A stretch of DNA of 53,370 nt, taken from assembly GCA_027064125.1 (NCBI GenBank), contig JAMOQF010000065.1, forward strand, positions 1 to 53,370, written 5' to 3'. Both the position numbers and the translations under genes were made by a program. Positions within the stretch are counted from its first letter, which is position 1. The number at the start of each line of letters is the position of its first letter. Source of the DNA: Acidobacteriota bacterium. GTDB taxonomy: Bacteria > Acidobacteriota > JAAYUB01 > JAMOQF01. The notes beneath the pieces were generated by a model. The model did not search any database and was not told the origin of the DNA. It saw nothing but the letters and a program-made list of their open reading frames with translations. Of this stretch, positions 28,235 through 37,374 are shown piece by piece.

Positions 28235-29242
28235 CTAATTGTCATCGAGTCTTTTAAGGGTTGGCCTTTTTTTGCCGCCGGTGGTTGTGCTTTTATTTCT
28301 TTTTTTCAGGGTTGGCTTTTTCTTTCCACGGTTTTTGACCTTTAAAACATTGTCATATTCCAGCAATTTATGTTTTATCCTTAAAAATTCGGAGGTGGTT
28401 ACGATGTATTTCTTTTTTTGGGGAAGACAATTTTCAATTTCCCTTTTCACATATGATATTCTGTCAGGTGTTGAGGGGTGGGTCCTGAACCAACTTGCAA
28501 ACTTTCCCGGCTGTTTCTTTTCCCTTGCGAGCATCTTTTCAAAAAAGGTTATAAACCCATAGGGATCATAGCCCGCATTCCAGGTGTATTCAACTCCAAG
28601 GATGTCTGCCTCCTTTTCAGAGCCCCTTGTAATTCCAAGTAGTTTGAGGTTTAGTGCAAATCCTACGCCATTTCTCAGGGCAATTCCACCGGCTCCGCCA
28701 ACAAAGATGGATGGGATGGCAGCCCACTGTAAAAGTTGCATTTTTGTAAGTCGCTCCGTGGCATGTCTTGCAGCAACGTGTCCAGTTTCATGGGCTATAA
28801 CCCCTGCCAGTTCACATTCCGTGTCTGCTGTTTCAATTAATCCTTTGTTGACAAAGACAAATCCTCCAGGAAGGGCAAAGGCATTTACTTCATCTGTATC
28901 GATTATCTTCACACTAAAAGGTACTTTTGCATCGGAGTGTCTTGAGATATTCTGTACAATCCCATTGATGTACCTGTAAACATCTTCATCTTCAAGGAGT
29001 TTTACATTTTTTTCAACTTCTGCTGCAAGCATTGCTCCAATCTGGATTTCTTTTTTAAAGGATATGAAGTTTGGGAAAAGTAAATAAATCCTGCCATTTA
29101 TATCTCTATTTCCAATGTTTTCTAAATCTGGATATCTGCATCCCCTTTCTTTCCTCAATTTGAGGTCTGGATTGTCATAGGAAAAAGAGTATATACCCAT
29201 AAGAAAAATTACCATGAATATGATTTTCCTCATTCTTTTCAT
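28235..29242 (-). CDS. M48 family metallopeptidase (BepA-like)
   Basis: VNAFALPGG, ELAGVIAHETGH, EKEAD, THP...RI; signal peptide. Confidence 0.93.
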   Translation of the reverse strand: MKRMRKIIFMVIFLMGIYSFSYDNPDLKLRKERGCRYPDLENIGNRDINGRIYLLFPNFISFKKEIQIGAMLAAEVEKNVKLLEDEDVYRYINGIVQNISRHSDAKVPFSVKIIDTDEVNAFALPGGFVFVNKGLIETADTECELAGVIAHETGHVAARHATERLTKMQLLQWAAIPSIFVGGAGGIALRNGVGFALNLKLLGITRGSEKEADILGVEYTWNAGYDPYGFITFFEKMLAREKKQPGKFASWFRTHPSTPDRISYVKREIENCLPQKKKYIVTTSEFLRIKHKLLEYDNVLKVKNRGKKKPTLKKRNKSTTTGGKKRPTLKRLDDN

Positions 29243-29295
29243 TTTTTCCTCAAATTGGTTGAATTTTCACTAAGTATAAATTATATTCAATTATT

Positions 29296-29961
29296 ATGGA
29301 AAATTATAGAATAAATTTTGGTTATGGCATTACTCCATATGTAAAGTATCTTTTAATTGCAAATGTGGTGGTTTTTTTTCTCCAGACAATTGATGCCACG
29401 CTTCACCATAATTTTCTCATATTTTTCGGTTCTATTATCCCACTTTTGATAACTGAAAAGTATCAGATCTGGAGATTTTTTACCTATATGTTTTTGCATG
29501 GGGGATTTCTTCACATATTTTTTAACATGTTTATGCTCTGGATGTTTGGCCCTGAGGTTGAGAGAATCCTTGGGGGTAGAAGATTTTTAAAATTTTATCT
29601 TTTCACAGGAATTGGTGCCGGTATTTGTTGTTATTTAATTTCTCCATTTTCTCCAATTCCGGTGCTTGGGGCTTCTGGTGCAATTTTTGGTGTGTTGCTT
29701 GCCTTTTCCATGTTTTTCCCGGAGAGAATTTTACTTTTATTTATGATAATTCCCGTTAAGGCAAAGTATGTGATAGCAGGTTTTGCCCTTTTGGAGGTGT
29801 ATCTTACCCTTGTTGGGCCTAAGGATTCCATTTCACATATTGGTCATGTTGGAGGACTTATATTTGGATATATCTTCTTGAGGTGGGGTAATATCAGGAG
29901 GGATTTTAAATTTTACTATTTGAAATTAAAGTATTGGTGGATAAATAGGAAGTATAATTAG
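29296..29961 (+). CDS. Rhomboid intramembrane serine protease
   Basis: WRFFTYMFLH, HIFFNM, GASGA, HIGHVGG. Confidence 0.95.
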   Translation: MENYRINFGYGITPYVKYLLIANVVVFFLQTIDATLHHNFLIFFGSIIPLLITEKYQIWRFFTYMFLHGGFLHIFFNMFMLWMFGPEVERILGGRRFLKFYLFTGIGAGICCYLISPFSPIPVLGASGAIFGVLLAFSMFFPERILLLFMIIPVKAKYVIAGFALLEVYLTLVGPKDSISHIGHVGGLIFGYIFLRWGNIRRDFKFYYLKLKYWWINRKYN

Positions 29962-29978
29962 GTGTTATTGGAGGTTTT

Positions 29979-31334
29979 ATGAATTTTGAGATTTTGGAAA
30001 AAATAGAAGAGATAAAAGATATTATTAGAAGGGAAGATATCAAATTTCTGGATTTAAAGTCTATGGATCTTTTTGGCAGGATAAGGCATCTTTCTTTACC
30101 CATTGAGATGTTTTCTGAAAAGTTGGTTTCAGATGGTGTTGGCGTGGATGGCTCAAATTATGGCTTCTCTTCAACTGAGAATAGTGATTTTGTTATGGTT
30201 CTTGATCTTGATAACTATTTCATTGAGGATTTTAAGGGAGAAAAGAGAATTTCTTTTTTTGTAAATTTTAAAAAATCCCCAGATAGTGAAGAATTTATTG
30301 AACAGGATATAAGGTGGATTTGCAAGAAGTGTCAAACTTTTATTAAGGAGTTGAAAATAGGCGATGATATCCTTCTTTCTCCAGAGTATGAATTTTATAT
30401 ATTTAAAGATGTTTACTATAAGGTTTCTAAAGAGGAATCGGTAATAAAAATAAGTTCTGAAGAGGAAGGACTTTTAACTTCCTATCATCTTGATTCAATT
30501 GGGGATATTTTTTCCCACATAAGAGATGAAATAACTCTCCTGCTTGAAAAACTCGGGGTTAAAGTAAAATACCATCATCATGAAGTTGGTCAGTGGGGAC
30601 AGCAGGAAATTGAACTCGGGTTTTTAAATCTTATGAAAGCGGCCGATATATCACTACTTGTAAAATATATTTCACGCCTTATTTGTGAGAAATATGATCT
30701 CAGGGTAACATTTATGCCGAAACCTGTTTCTGGAATGGCTGGTAATGGATGGCATGTGCACCAATTTATTAAAGATGGGGAAAAGAGTTTATTTTTTGAA
30801 GAAGGGAGTTTACTCAGCAAGTTGGGTATGAACTATGTGGGAGGACTTATCAGACATGCAAAATCCCTGTGTGCCTTTACAAATCCAACGGTGAATTCCT
30901 ATAAGAGATTAACTCCGGGTTATGAGGCTCCGGTGTCCATTGATTTTGGTGAGGGGAATAGGAGTTCCCTTATAAGGATTCCACAGTATGCCAAAAATGA
31001 GAAAGAATGTAGAATAGAATACAGGGTGCCTGATTTTTCGTGTAATCCATATCTTGCACTTTCTGCCATGGTTATGGCTGGCATTGATGGCATCACGAAG
31101 GAATTGGATCCCTTTGAAGAAGTGGAGATATTAAGACAAAAAGGAGAAGATAAATTACCATTAACTTTAGAAGAGTCTTTACATTTTATGGAAAAAGATC
31201 ACGAATTTCTGCTAAAGGGTAATGTTTTTCCGGAAGATTTAATTCACAACTGGATAACTCTAAAAAAGAGGGAATTGGGAATTATAAATTCTTATATTTC
31301 CCCGATAGAGTTTGAGTTATTTTTTGATTTGTAA
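29979..31334 (+). CDS. glnA: Glutamine synthetase type I (or GS-like)
   Basis: DGS, PEYEFY, HHHEVG..GQQEI, TFMPKP...AGNGWHVH, NSYKRLTPGYEAP, NRS..IRIP, RIEYRVPD. Confidence 0.88.
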   Translation: MNFEILEKIEEIKDIIRREDIKFLDLKSMDLFGRIRHLSLPIEMFSEKLVSDGVGVDGSNYGFSSTENSDFVMVLDLDNYFIEDFKGEKRISFFVNFKKSPDSEEFIEQDIRWICKKCQTFIKELKIGDDILLSPEYEFYIFKDVYYKVSKEESVIKISSEEEGLLTSYHLDSIGDIFSHIRDEITLLLEKLGVKVKYHHHEVGQWGQQEIELGFLNLMKAADISLLVKYISRLICEKYDLRVTFMPKPVSGMAGNGWHVHQFIKDGEKSLFFEEGSLLSKLGMNYVGGLIRHAKSLCAFTNPTVNSYKRLTPGYEAPVSIDFGEGNRSSLIRIPQYAKNEKECRIEYRVPDFSCNPYLALSAMVMAGIDGITKELDPFEEVEILRQKGEDKLPLTLEESLHFMEKDHEFLLKGNVFPEDLIHNWITLKKRELGIINSYISPIEFELFFDL

Positions 31335-31447
31335 AATATATTAATACAATTAAAAAAATTATTGAAAAAATGGATTTATTATGTAAGAATTATACTGATG
31401 TATGTTAGGAATTTAATTTCAAAAAATATTGTTGAGAGGGTAGTAAT

Positions 31448-34084
31448 ATGAAAAAGTTTTCTTTCTTGTTGTTTATCTTTTTGATGCTTTTTTCAATTTT
31501 TTCCTTTGGAGTTAATTTTAATTCCTTTGACGAATTAATTGATAACTCTGCTGCAGTTTTTTTGTGTAAGTATTCAGGGCATGGGGATAAACTCAATGTG
31601 GTTGGGGCTTTAAAGGGTAGTGTTCCAAGAGAAATAGAGATTGGAAGTGCTTATCTTGAAAATATGGAACCAGATACACTCTATCTTGTTTTTGCAAAAA
31701 GGAAAAATCCGTGGAGGATATATTCAGATGGTTATGCCTATTTGACCTTTGATCCCATTATAGGGGAAAGGGTCTGGAAGAGCCCCATGAATATAGAGAG
31801 ATTACTTAAAAATATTGATCCACGGATAAGAAGTGAACTCTATAGAATTCCTGCTCCTGTTAGGAGAAAAACCCATCATCCAATAACAATTGGAACACTT
31901 GTGGATGAAATCACCCATTTGCCTGAGGGAAGTCCGGTAGGCCATGAGTCCTTTTTACCAGTGGTTAAAAGTTTGATAAAGGCAGTTGCCGGTGAAAGGT
32001 ATGGAAGTCCATCAAATCCCTCTTCTGATCTTCCAACTGCATTTGATATGAAGAGCAATAACACAAATTTGAGGATGGGAGGGAATAGACTTTTTAAAAA
32101 ATCCGTTAAAGATATTACTTCCTGTGATGGTGGAACAGTATTAAGTATTGGTGATGAGGATTACGCCCAGATAAATTTTAATACATTCTCTTTCCCATTT
32201 CTGGGAACAACATATACATCCTGTTATGTAACCGACAATGGGTATGTGACCTTTGGTGGTCATTATAACACTTATTATATAGATTTATACCATTTTTTCA
32301 ATTATCTACCTCCTGTGATTGCTCCTTTTTTCAATGATTTTGATCCCGGTTCAGGGGGTACAATCTCATATCTTGAGGTTTCTTCAAATGAACTTGTAAT
32401 ATGCTGGGATGAATTACCTGATTACTATTATCCATCCTACACCTGTTCCTTTGCGGTTCATCTTTACAGTGATGGGTCCTTTATGTTTGAATATGGTACC
32501 ATGGATGTTTACTGGCAGGGTATTATTGGATATAACGATGGGGCAGAGGATACCCTTTCTGGAGATTATGATTTCTCTTACATGTTGACTGCTGGTAGTG
32601 GTGTTGCCCAGATAAATGGAAATTATAAAAATGTTTTTGATGACTATTCGAATGACCTTTCCTGGATAGATGGTGGAATGATCTTTTTTAGTGGTGATCC
32701 AACAGGTACAGATCCTGTCGATATATTAAATAATTACAATTCCATGTATAATGCCTGTGACCCATTTGCAAATGGTAATGGAGTTTCTGGTTGGTATGAC
32801 TACACTTCACCTGATGGGGGGTGGATATCACCCGGAGAGACCATCTGGTATAAAATCAGTCTTCCAGGAGATTCATCCACCTACTATCTTGTAAATGCAA
32901 AAGTGACTTCATGGGATGCCTATGATACCTGTGCAGACACAATGATTGGAGTTTTCAGTGAAGATGGTTTACTCTTAGATTGGTTTGATGATGAACCTGG
33001 ATATTTTGGATCAATTGATCCTAAAGAAAAGATGTTGGTCCCCGGTGGCACCACAATTTACCTCTGTATTACAGGAACCGGGGATAATAGTTTCACAGGT
33101 TCTCATACCCAGGATGGTCCCCTTGGAGTTCATATTTCTGCCGTTATGTGGGGGGATCGTCCACTTCCGCTGGGCGACGATGATTACCTCACAATTGTCT
33201 TTCCAAGTGATGCTCCATTTCCAATGGCAGGTGTAAATTGGAATTGTATGTATCTCTGTTCAAATGGATTTGTAACTTTTCAATATCCCGATACGGATTA
33301 TAGTGAAAGCATTTCAGAGCTTGAGTCAGGACCTGTGAGATTTTGCCTGTATTGGGATGACCTTTCACCAGATGATGCCTCTTATCCATATGGAGTATAT
33401 TTCTGGTTTAATGGAGATGACCCAACTTTCCAATATTCTGCTATCCAGTTTTATGGTGTCCCAACTTTTGGTGGTACCTTGACCAACTTCTTCGGATTTT
33501 TTGTCAATGATGGCTCTGTGATTACAGGTTATAACTTGACCGATACAGATGGCCTTGTGGGTTATGGTATTGGAAACACTTATCCTGCTGGAAATTCCAG
33601 AGACCTCTCAACTATATTAAGTAACACAAGTGTGATGGACTGGGGTACTGGCCTTAAGAACCTTGGTACGGGATTTGAACTCTACTATTTTGAATTGTTT
33701 GATTCAACGGATAATCCATGTGATCTGGGGGTCTCAGGTGCCTTTAATATGTTCCAGTTCTTTGGAATGTACAATTACTTATATATGGTAAAAGATGAAA
33801 ATGGTGAAAATTTCGCATATTTTGAACCAAAGGCAACTCTCAATGGCGTTGACAGGTTTAAATTCTTATCCCTTGAAAAGGACTACATTTTCTTGAGTCC
33901 AACCATGGATCCCATTGTGGCAGGATTTTTGAACAACTACTATTTTGGCGTTAACGACAGAATGTATCCCGGATATATTCAGAGTAAAGGTAAATTGGAC
34001 TTAGTTAGCGGAACAGGAGCTGTGTATCTTGAAAATTACTATTTTCCCGGCCATCTCTTTAAGTGCATTGGACCAATTTATTAA
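31448..34084 (+). CDS. Large exported acidic protein with two nidogen(NIDO)-like repeats
   Basis: Signal peptide; internal duplication GDEDY..I.F..FPF.G.....YV..NGYVTF / GDDDY..I.F...FP..G......Y..SNGFVTF; Asp/Tyr/Gly-rich. Confidence 0.65.
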   Translation: MKKFSFLLFIFLMLFSIFSFGVNFNSFDELIDNSAAVFLCKYSGHGDKLNVVGALKGSVPREIEIGSAYLENMEPDTLYLVFAKRKNPWRIYSDGYAYLTFDPIIGERVWKSPMNIERLLKNIDPRIRSELYRIPAPVRRKTHHPITIGTLVDEITHLPEGSPVGHESFLPVVKSLIKAVAGERYGSPSNPSSDLPTAFDMKSNNTNLRMGGNRLFKKSVKDITSCDGGTVLSIGDEDYAQINFNTFSFPFLGTTYTSCYVTDNGYVTFGGHYNTYYIDLYHFFNYLPPVIAPFFNDFDPGSGGTISYLEVSSNELVICWDELPDYYYPSYTCSFAVHLYSDGSFMFEYGTMDVYWQGIIGYNDGAEDTLSGDYDFSYMLTAGSGVAQINGNYKNVFDDYSNDLSWIDGGMIFFSGDPTGTDPVDILNNYNSMYNACDPFANGNGVSGWYDYTSPDGGWISPGETIWYKISLPGDSSTYYLVNAKVTSWDAYDTCADTMIGVFSEDGLLLDWFDDEPGYFGSIDPKEKMLVPGGTTIYLCITGTGDNSFTGSHTQDGPLGVHISAVMWGDRPLPLGDDDYLTIVFPSDAPFPMAGVNWNCMYLCSNGFVTFQYPDTDYSESISELESGPVRFCLYWDDLSPDDASYPYGVYFWFNGDDPTFQYSAIQFYGVPTFGGTLTNFFGFFVNDGSVITGYNLTDTDGLVGYGIGNTYPAGNSRDLSTILSNTSVMDWGTGLKNLGTGFELYYFELFDSTDNPCDLGVSGAFNMFQFFGMYNYLYMVKDENGENFAYFEPKATLNGVDRFKFLSLEKDYIFLSPTMDPIVAGFLNNYYFGVNDRMYPGYIQSKGKLDLVSGTGAVYLENYYFPGHLFKCIGPIY

Positions 34085-34109
34085 TACTTTTTTGGCTAAA
34101 AACTTCTTT

Positions 34110-34145
34110 TGCTCCCTGGTTTTTAAATCGGGGAGCATTTTTTTT
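34110..34145 (+). terminator. Rho-independent terminator
   Basis: TGCTCCCTGGTTT..AAATCGGGGAGCA stem (with G-U pairs) followed by T8. Confidence 0.8.
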
Positions 34146-34171
34146 ATGGAAATTGATGGGATTTTGTAAAA

Positions 34172-34468
34172 ATGGAAAATAGAAAGAGATCTATTGTTAA
34201 ATCATTTGTCTGGAAAACCACAGGTTTTATCACACTTGCTACAGTTAGTTATTTTGTGACCGGAAGTTTCAAGGAGATGTCAATTATAACAATACTTTAT
34301 CATGGGATTGGTATTGTGCTTTACTACATTCACGAGAGGGTGTGGGAAAGAATCAGGTGGGGAAAGGTAGAACATCCCCTCTCTGTGATAGAAATAGAGG
34401 GGGAAATAAATGAAAAGGATATAGATCTCATTAGAAAAAAATTGCAGGAATTGGGATACGTAAAGTGA
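34172..34468 (+). CDS. DUF2061 family small membrane protein with C-terminal LxxLGY tail
   Basis: ENRKRSIVKSFVWK...YYIHERVWERIRWG signature; ends KKLQELGYVK. Confidence 0.85.
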   Translation: MENRKRSIVKSFVWKTTGFITLATVSYFVTGSFKEMSIITILYHGIGIVLYYIHERVWERIRWGKVEHPLSVIEIEGEINEKDIDLIRKKLQELGYVK

Positions 34469-34476
34469 GGTTTTAA

Positions 34477-35283
34477 ATGGAAGATAGGATTATTTCACTT
34501 TTAACTGATTTTGGGGATTCTCCATATGTGGGTAGTATGAAGGGTGTCATAATGAAGGTAAATCCCTCTGCACATATTATAGATATTACCCATAGCATTA
34601 GAAGGGGAGATATAAGAGAAGCAGCATTTTCTCTTTTTATGGCTTATAGGTATTTTCCAGAGTTTTCCATTCATGTTGTTGTTGTAGACCCGACAGTTGG
34701 GTCAGAAAGGCGTCCCATTATAGTTGTTACTGAAAAATACTATTTTGTGGGTCCGGACAATGGTGTGTTTAGTTATATCTACAAATATGATGAAGTTTAT
34801 AAGGTTGTTGAGATTTCTGAAGAACATTTTTTTAATGAGAAGGTTTCAAATACATTTCACGGCAGGGATATCTTTGGACCTGTTGCTGGGTGGATGTCTA
34901 AGGGGATAGATACCTCCAAATTTGGTGAGGTGATAGGAGATTACAAGTACTTTGAGATTTCAGATCCACAGATTATAAAACCGGGTGCCTTAAAGGGAAA
35001 AATAATCTATGTGGATAGGTTTGGGAATTTGATTACCAATATAACTGAAAGACATATACCTTTAACTGAAAAGGGATATCCAGATATAGTTAAAGTAATA
35101 ACCTCATCTGGTGAAATTACTGCCAGATATAGATATTACAGTGAATCCCCAAATAATGAGGATCCCTTTTTCATAATGGGAAGTAGTGGCTTTTATGAAA
35201 TTGCAGTAAACGGGAGAAGTGCCAGAGAAAAACTGAAACTTAAAATTGGCTCTGAAATAGGAGTGCTCTACAATCCCAGGTAA
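34477..35283 (+). CDS. SAM hydroxide adenosyltransferase / SAM-dependent chlorinase-fluorinase family (DUF62)
   Basis: LLTDFG, DITH, VVDPTVGSERR, GPDNG, TFHGRDIF, DRFGNLITN, EIAVN. Confidence 0.93.
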   Translation: MEDRIISLLTDFGDSPYVGSMKGVIMKVNPSAHIIDITHSIRRGDIREAAFSLFMAYRYFPEFSIHVVVVDPTVGSERRPIIVVTEKYYFVGPDNGVFSYIYKYDEVYKVVEISEEHFFNEKVSNTFHGRDIFGPVAGWMSKGIDTSKFGEVIGDYKYFEISDPQIIKPGALKGKIIYVDRFGNLITNITERHIPLTEKGYPDIVKVITSSGEITARYRYYSESPNNEDPFFIMGSSGFYEIAVNGRSAREKLKLKIGSEIGVLYNPR

Positions 35284-35930
35284 TTTTTTTTAAGTTCCTT
35301 TGTAAATTTATCCGCGAGTCTTGTTGGCTCAGGCAATCTGTATCTTGTGGATGTATTTCTTACCACCTCAATTGATTTATTTATGTCAACCAAATGCCCC
35401 GGTGATATGAAGATGGGTTTTACCCGGGGTTTATTCCTTAATACTGCTCCAATTTGTTCCCCCTTGTACCACAGAGGGCTCCAGGATTTCATGTTTAGTG
35501 GAGGTGGGGTGAAGTGCCCAACCAATTTCTTTTTGGCGCACCCAATGGTTGGTCTGTTTAATATTATTCCAAGGTGTGTGGCAAGACCCATCTTTCTTGG
35601 ATGAGCTATCCCCTGTCCATCACATATGTAGATATCCGGGGAAATTTTACACTTTTTTATACATTCAAGAATAGGAGGAATTTCTCTAAAGGAGAGAAGA
35701 CCTGGGATGTAGGGAAATGTAATCTGCGAAATATGATATTTTTTCTCAACAATTTCAAGTGTTTTATAGTTTAAAACAACAATTGTTGCAAAGGCCAGAT
35801 TTACTCTTTTTACATAAGATACATCTACACCTGCTATATATTTTATATTTCCCACTTTGCTTTCAAGAATTATTTGGGAAGATAGTTTTCTTTGAAGTTC
35901 AAAATATTTTTTGTAGTTTTTATCAGCCAT
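35268..35930 (-). CDS. nfi: Endonuclease V
   Basis: AGVDVSY, FPYIPGLLSFRE, DGQGIAHPR..GLATHLG, PIFISPGH, RLPEPTRLAD. Confidence 0.96.
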   Translation of the reverse strand: MADKNYKKYFELQRKLSSQIILESKVGNIKYIAGVDVSYVKRVNLAFATIVVLNYKTLEIVEKKYHISQITFPYIPGLLSFREIPPILECIKKCKISPDIYICDGQGIAHPRKMGLATHLGIILNRPTIGCAKKKLVGHFTPPPLNMKSWSPLWYKGEQIGAVLRNKPRVKPIFISPGHLVDINKSIEVVRNTSTRYRLPEPTRLADKFTKELKKNYLGL

Positions 35931-37296
35931 TTAGTTTTTCTTTCATAATCTTTTTATAATCTTCAACTCCCGGTTGATCGTATGGATTTACATCAAGCAA
36001 TTCCCCTTCAAAGGCCGTTGCTATCTCAAAAAAATAAAAAAGCATTCCCAGATAAAATTCATTGATTTCTGGAATTATTATTTTGCAGACAGGCCTTTCT
36101 GCTTTACTCAGCGCTATTTCATTTGCCTCAAGTGCTGTAGATAGTAGTGTTGAGAATTTTTTCCCATTTAGAAAATTCAATTTTTCAGAAAAGGGGTTTT
36201 TATCAGGCAATTTTATATCCCATTCTCCAAAGTCTTTGACTCCAATCATTGTTATAATCTTATTATATTTACCTTCTCTGTGTTGTTGAGTTTGTGCGTG
36301 CATGTCGGTTGTCCCAAGAGCAGGTATTGGAGTTCTGCCTTCATTTACTATTTCTCCACTTCTATTTTTCTCTTTACCCAAACTTTCTGCGAGAAGTTGC
36401 ACATACCAGAGAGAGAGGGATTTTAATCTATCGGAATAGGGCATTAAAACCGATTCATTAAATCCCTTTTTTTTGTACAAAAGATAGGAAAGTGTGGCAT
36501 ACAGATATGCCGGATTTTCAAAAAGGTCTTCATTGGAAGTGATTTCATCCATTTTTTTGGCCCCCAACAGTAAATTTTCTATATCAATATTTAGGATTGA
36601 GGCAAGCACAAGTCCTACTTCTGATAAGACTGACCATCTACCACCTATTCCTTCGGGAACCTCAAAACTTTCAAGATGGAGGTCCCTGACAATTTTCCTG
36701 AGAACTCCCTTTTCCCTATCAGTTATCGCTGTAAAATGATTTTGAGGTGAAAGACCCCTTTCCTTAATTTTAGAAAAAGTGTACAAAAATGCTGCCATTG
36801 TCTCCATGGTTGTCCCAGATTTTGATATAACAATGAACATGGTTTTTTCGATATCAATGACTTCAAACAATCCCTTTAATGTCGTTGGATCAACATTGTT
36901 GCCTGCAAAGTAAACCTTTGGTATTTCTTCTGAAAATTGAAAGGGATGAATGAGTGCATCCACAAGCACCTGGTTGCCTAAGTAACTGCCTCCTATGCCG
37001 AGGGATACCACATATTTATAATTACTTCTAACCATCTTTCCAAAATTTAAGATTTTTTCAATTAATTCCCTTTTCTCTTCCATTTGATAGGGAAGTTTTG
37101 TAAATAAAACCTTCTCACCATGCCCCTTTGCCTCTCCCCTTTCCCTCAAGATTTTTATGGCCTTAATGGCATTACCTATCTTTTCTTCAATTTCTTCGAT
37201 ATTTTCTATGGATATGCCATTATCTCCAATCCCGGATTTTGTGAGGTTTTTAAAGAAAATTTCAAAACTTTCCTTTTTTATCCTATCAAGTTTCAA
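35923..37296 (-). CDS. pgi: Glucose-6-phosphate isomerase
   Basis: GIGGSYLG, ISKSGTTMET, GGRWSVLS, QLLAESLGK, GTTDMH, NPYDQPGVE.YK. Confidence 0.96.
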   Translation of the reverse strand: MKLDRIKKESFEIFFKNLTKSGIGDNGISIENIEEIEEKIGNAIKAIKILRERGEAKGHGEKVLFTKLPYQMEEKRELIEKILNFGKMVRSNYKYVVSLGIGGSYLGNQVLVDALIHPFQFSEEIPKVYFAGNNVDPTTLKGLFEVIDIEKTMFIVISKSGTTMETMAAFLYTFSKIKERGLSPQNHFTAITDREKGVLRKIVRDLHLESFEVPEGIGGRWSVLSEVGLVLASILNIDIENLLLGAKKMDEITSNEDLFENPAYLYATLSYLLYKKKGFNESVLMPYSDRLKSLSLWYVQLLAESLGKEKNRSGEIVNEGRTPIPALGTTDMHAQTQQHREGKYNKIITMIGVKDFGEWDIKLPDKNPFSEKLNFLNGKKFSTLLSTALEANEIALSKAERPVCKIIIPEINEFYLGMLFYFFEIATAFEGELLDVNPYDQPGVEDYKKIMKEKLNG

Positions 37297-37374
37297 TTTT
37301 TCCTCCTTAAGATATAAAAAAATTCCTTAAATTATTATATAATACTATTCACATTTTTAACAGGGGTTAGAAAA

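Noticed and set aside
34477-35283. True fluorinase/chlorinase for halometabolite synthesis
   Set aside because: Housekeeping context and the TFHGRD motif fit the widespread DUF62 SAM hydrolase; no biosynthetic cluster nearby
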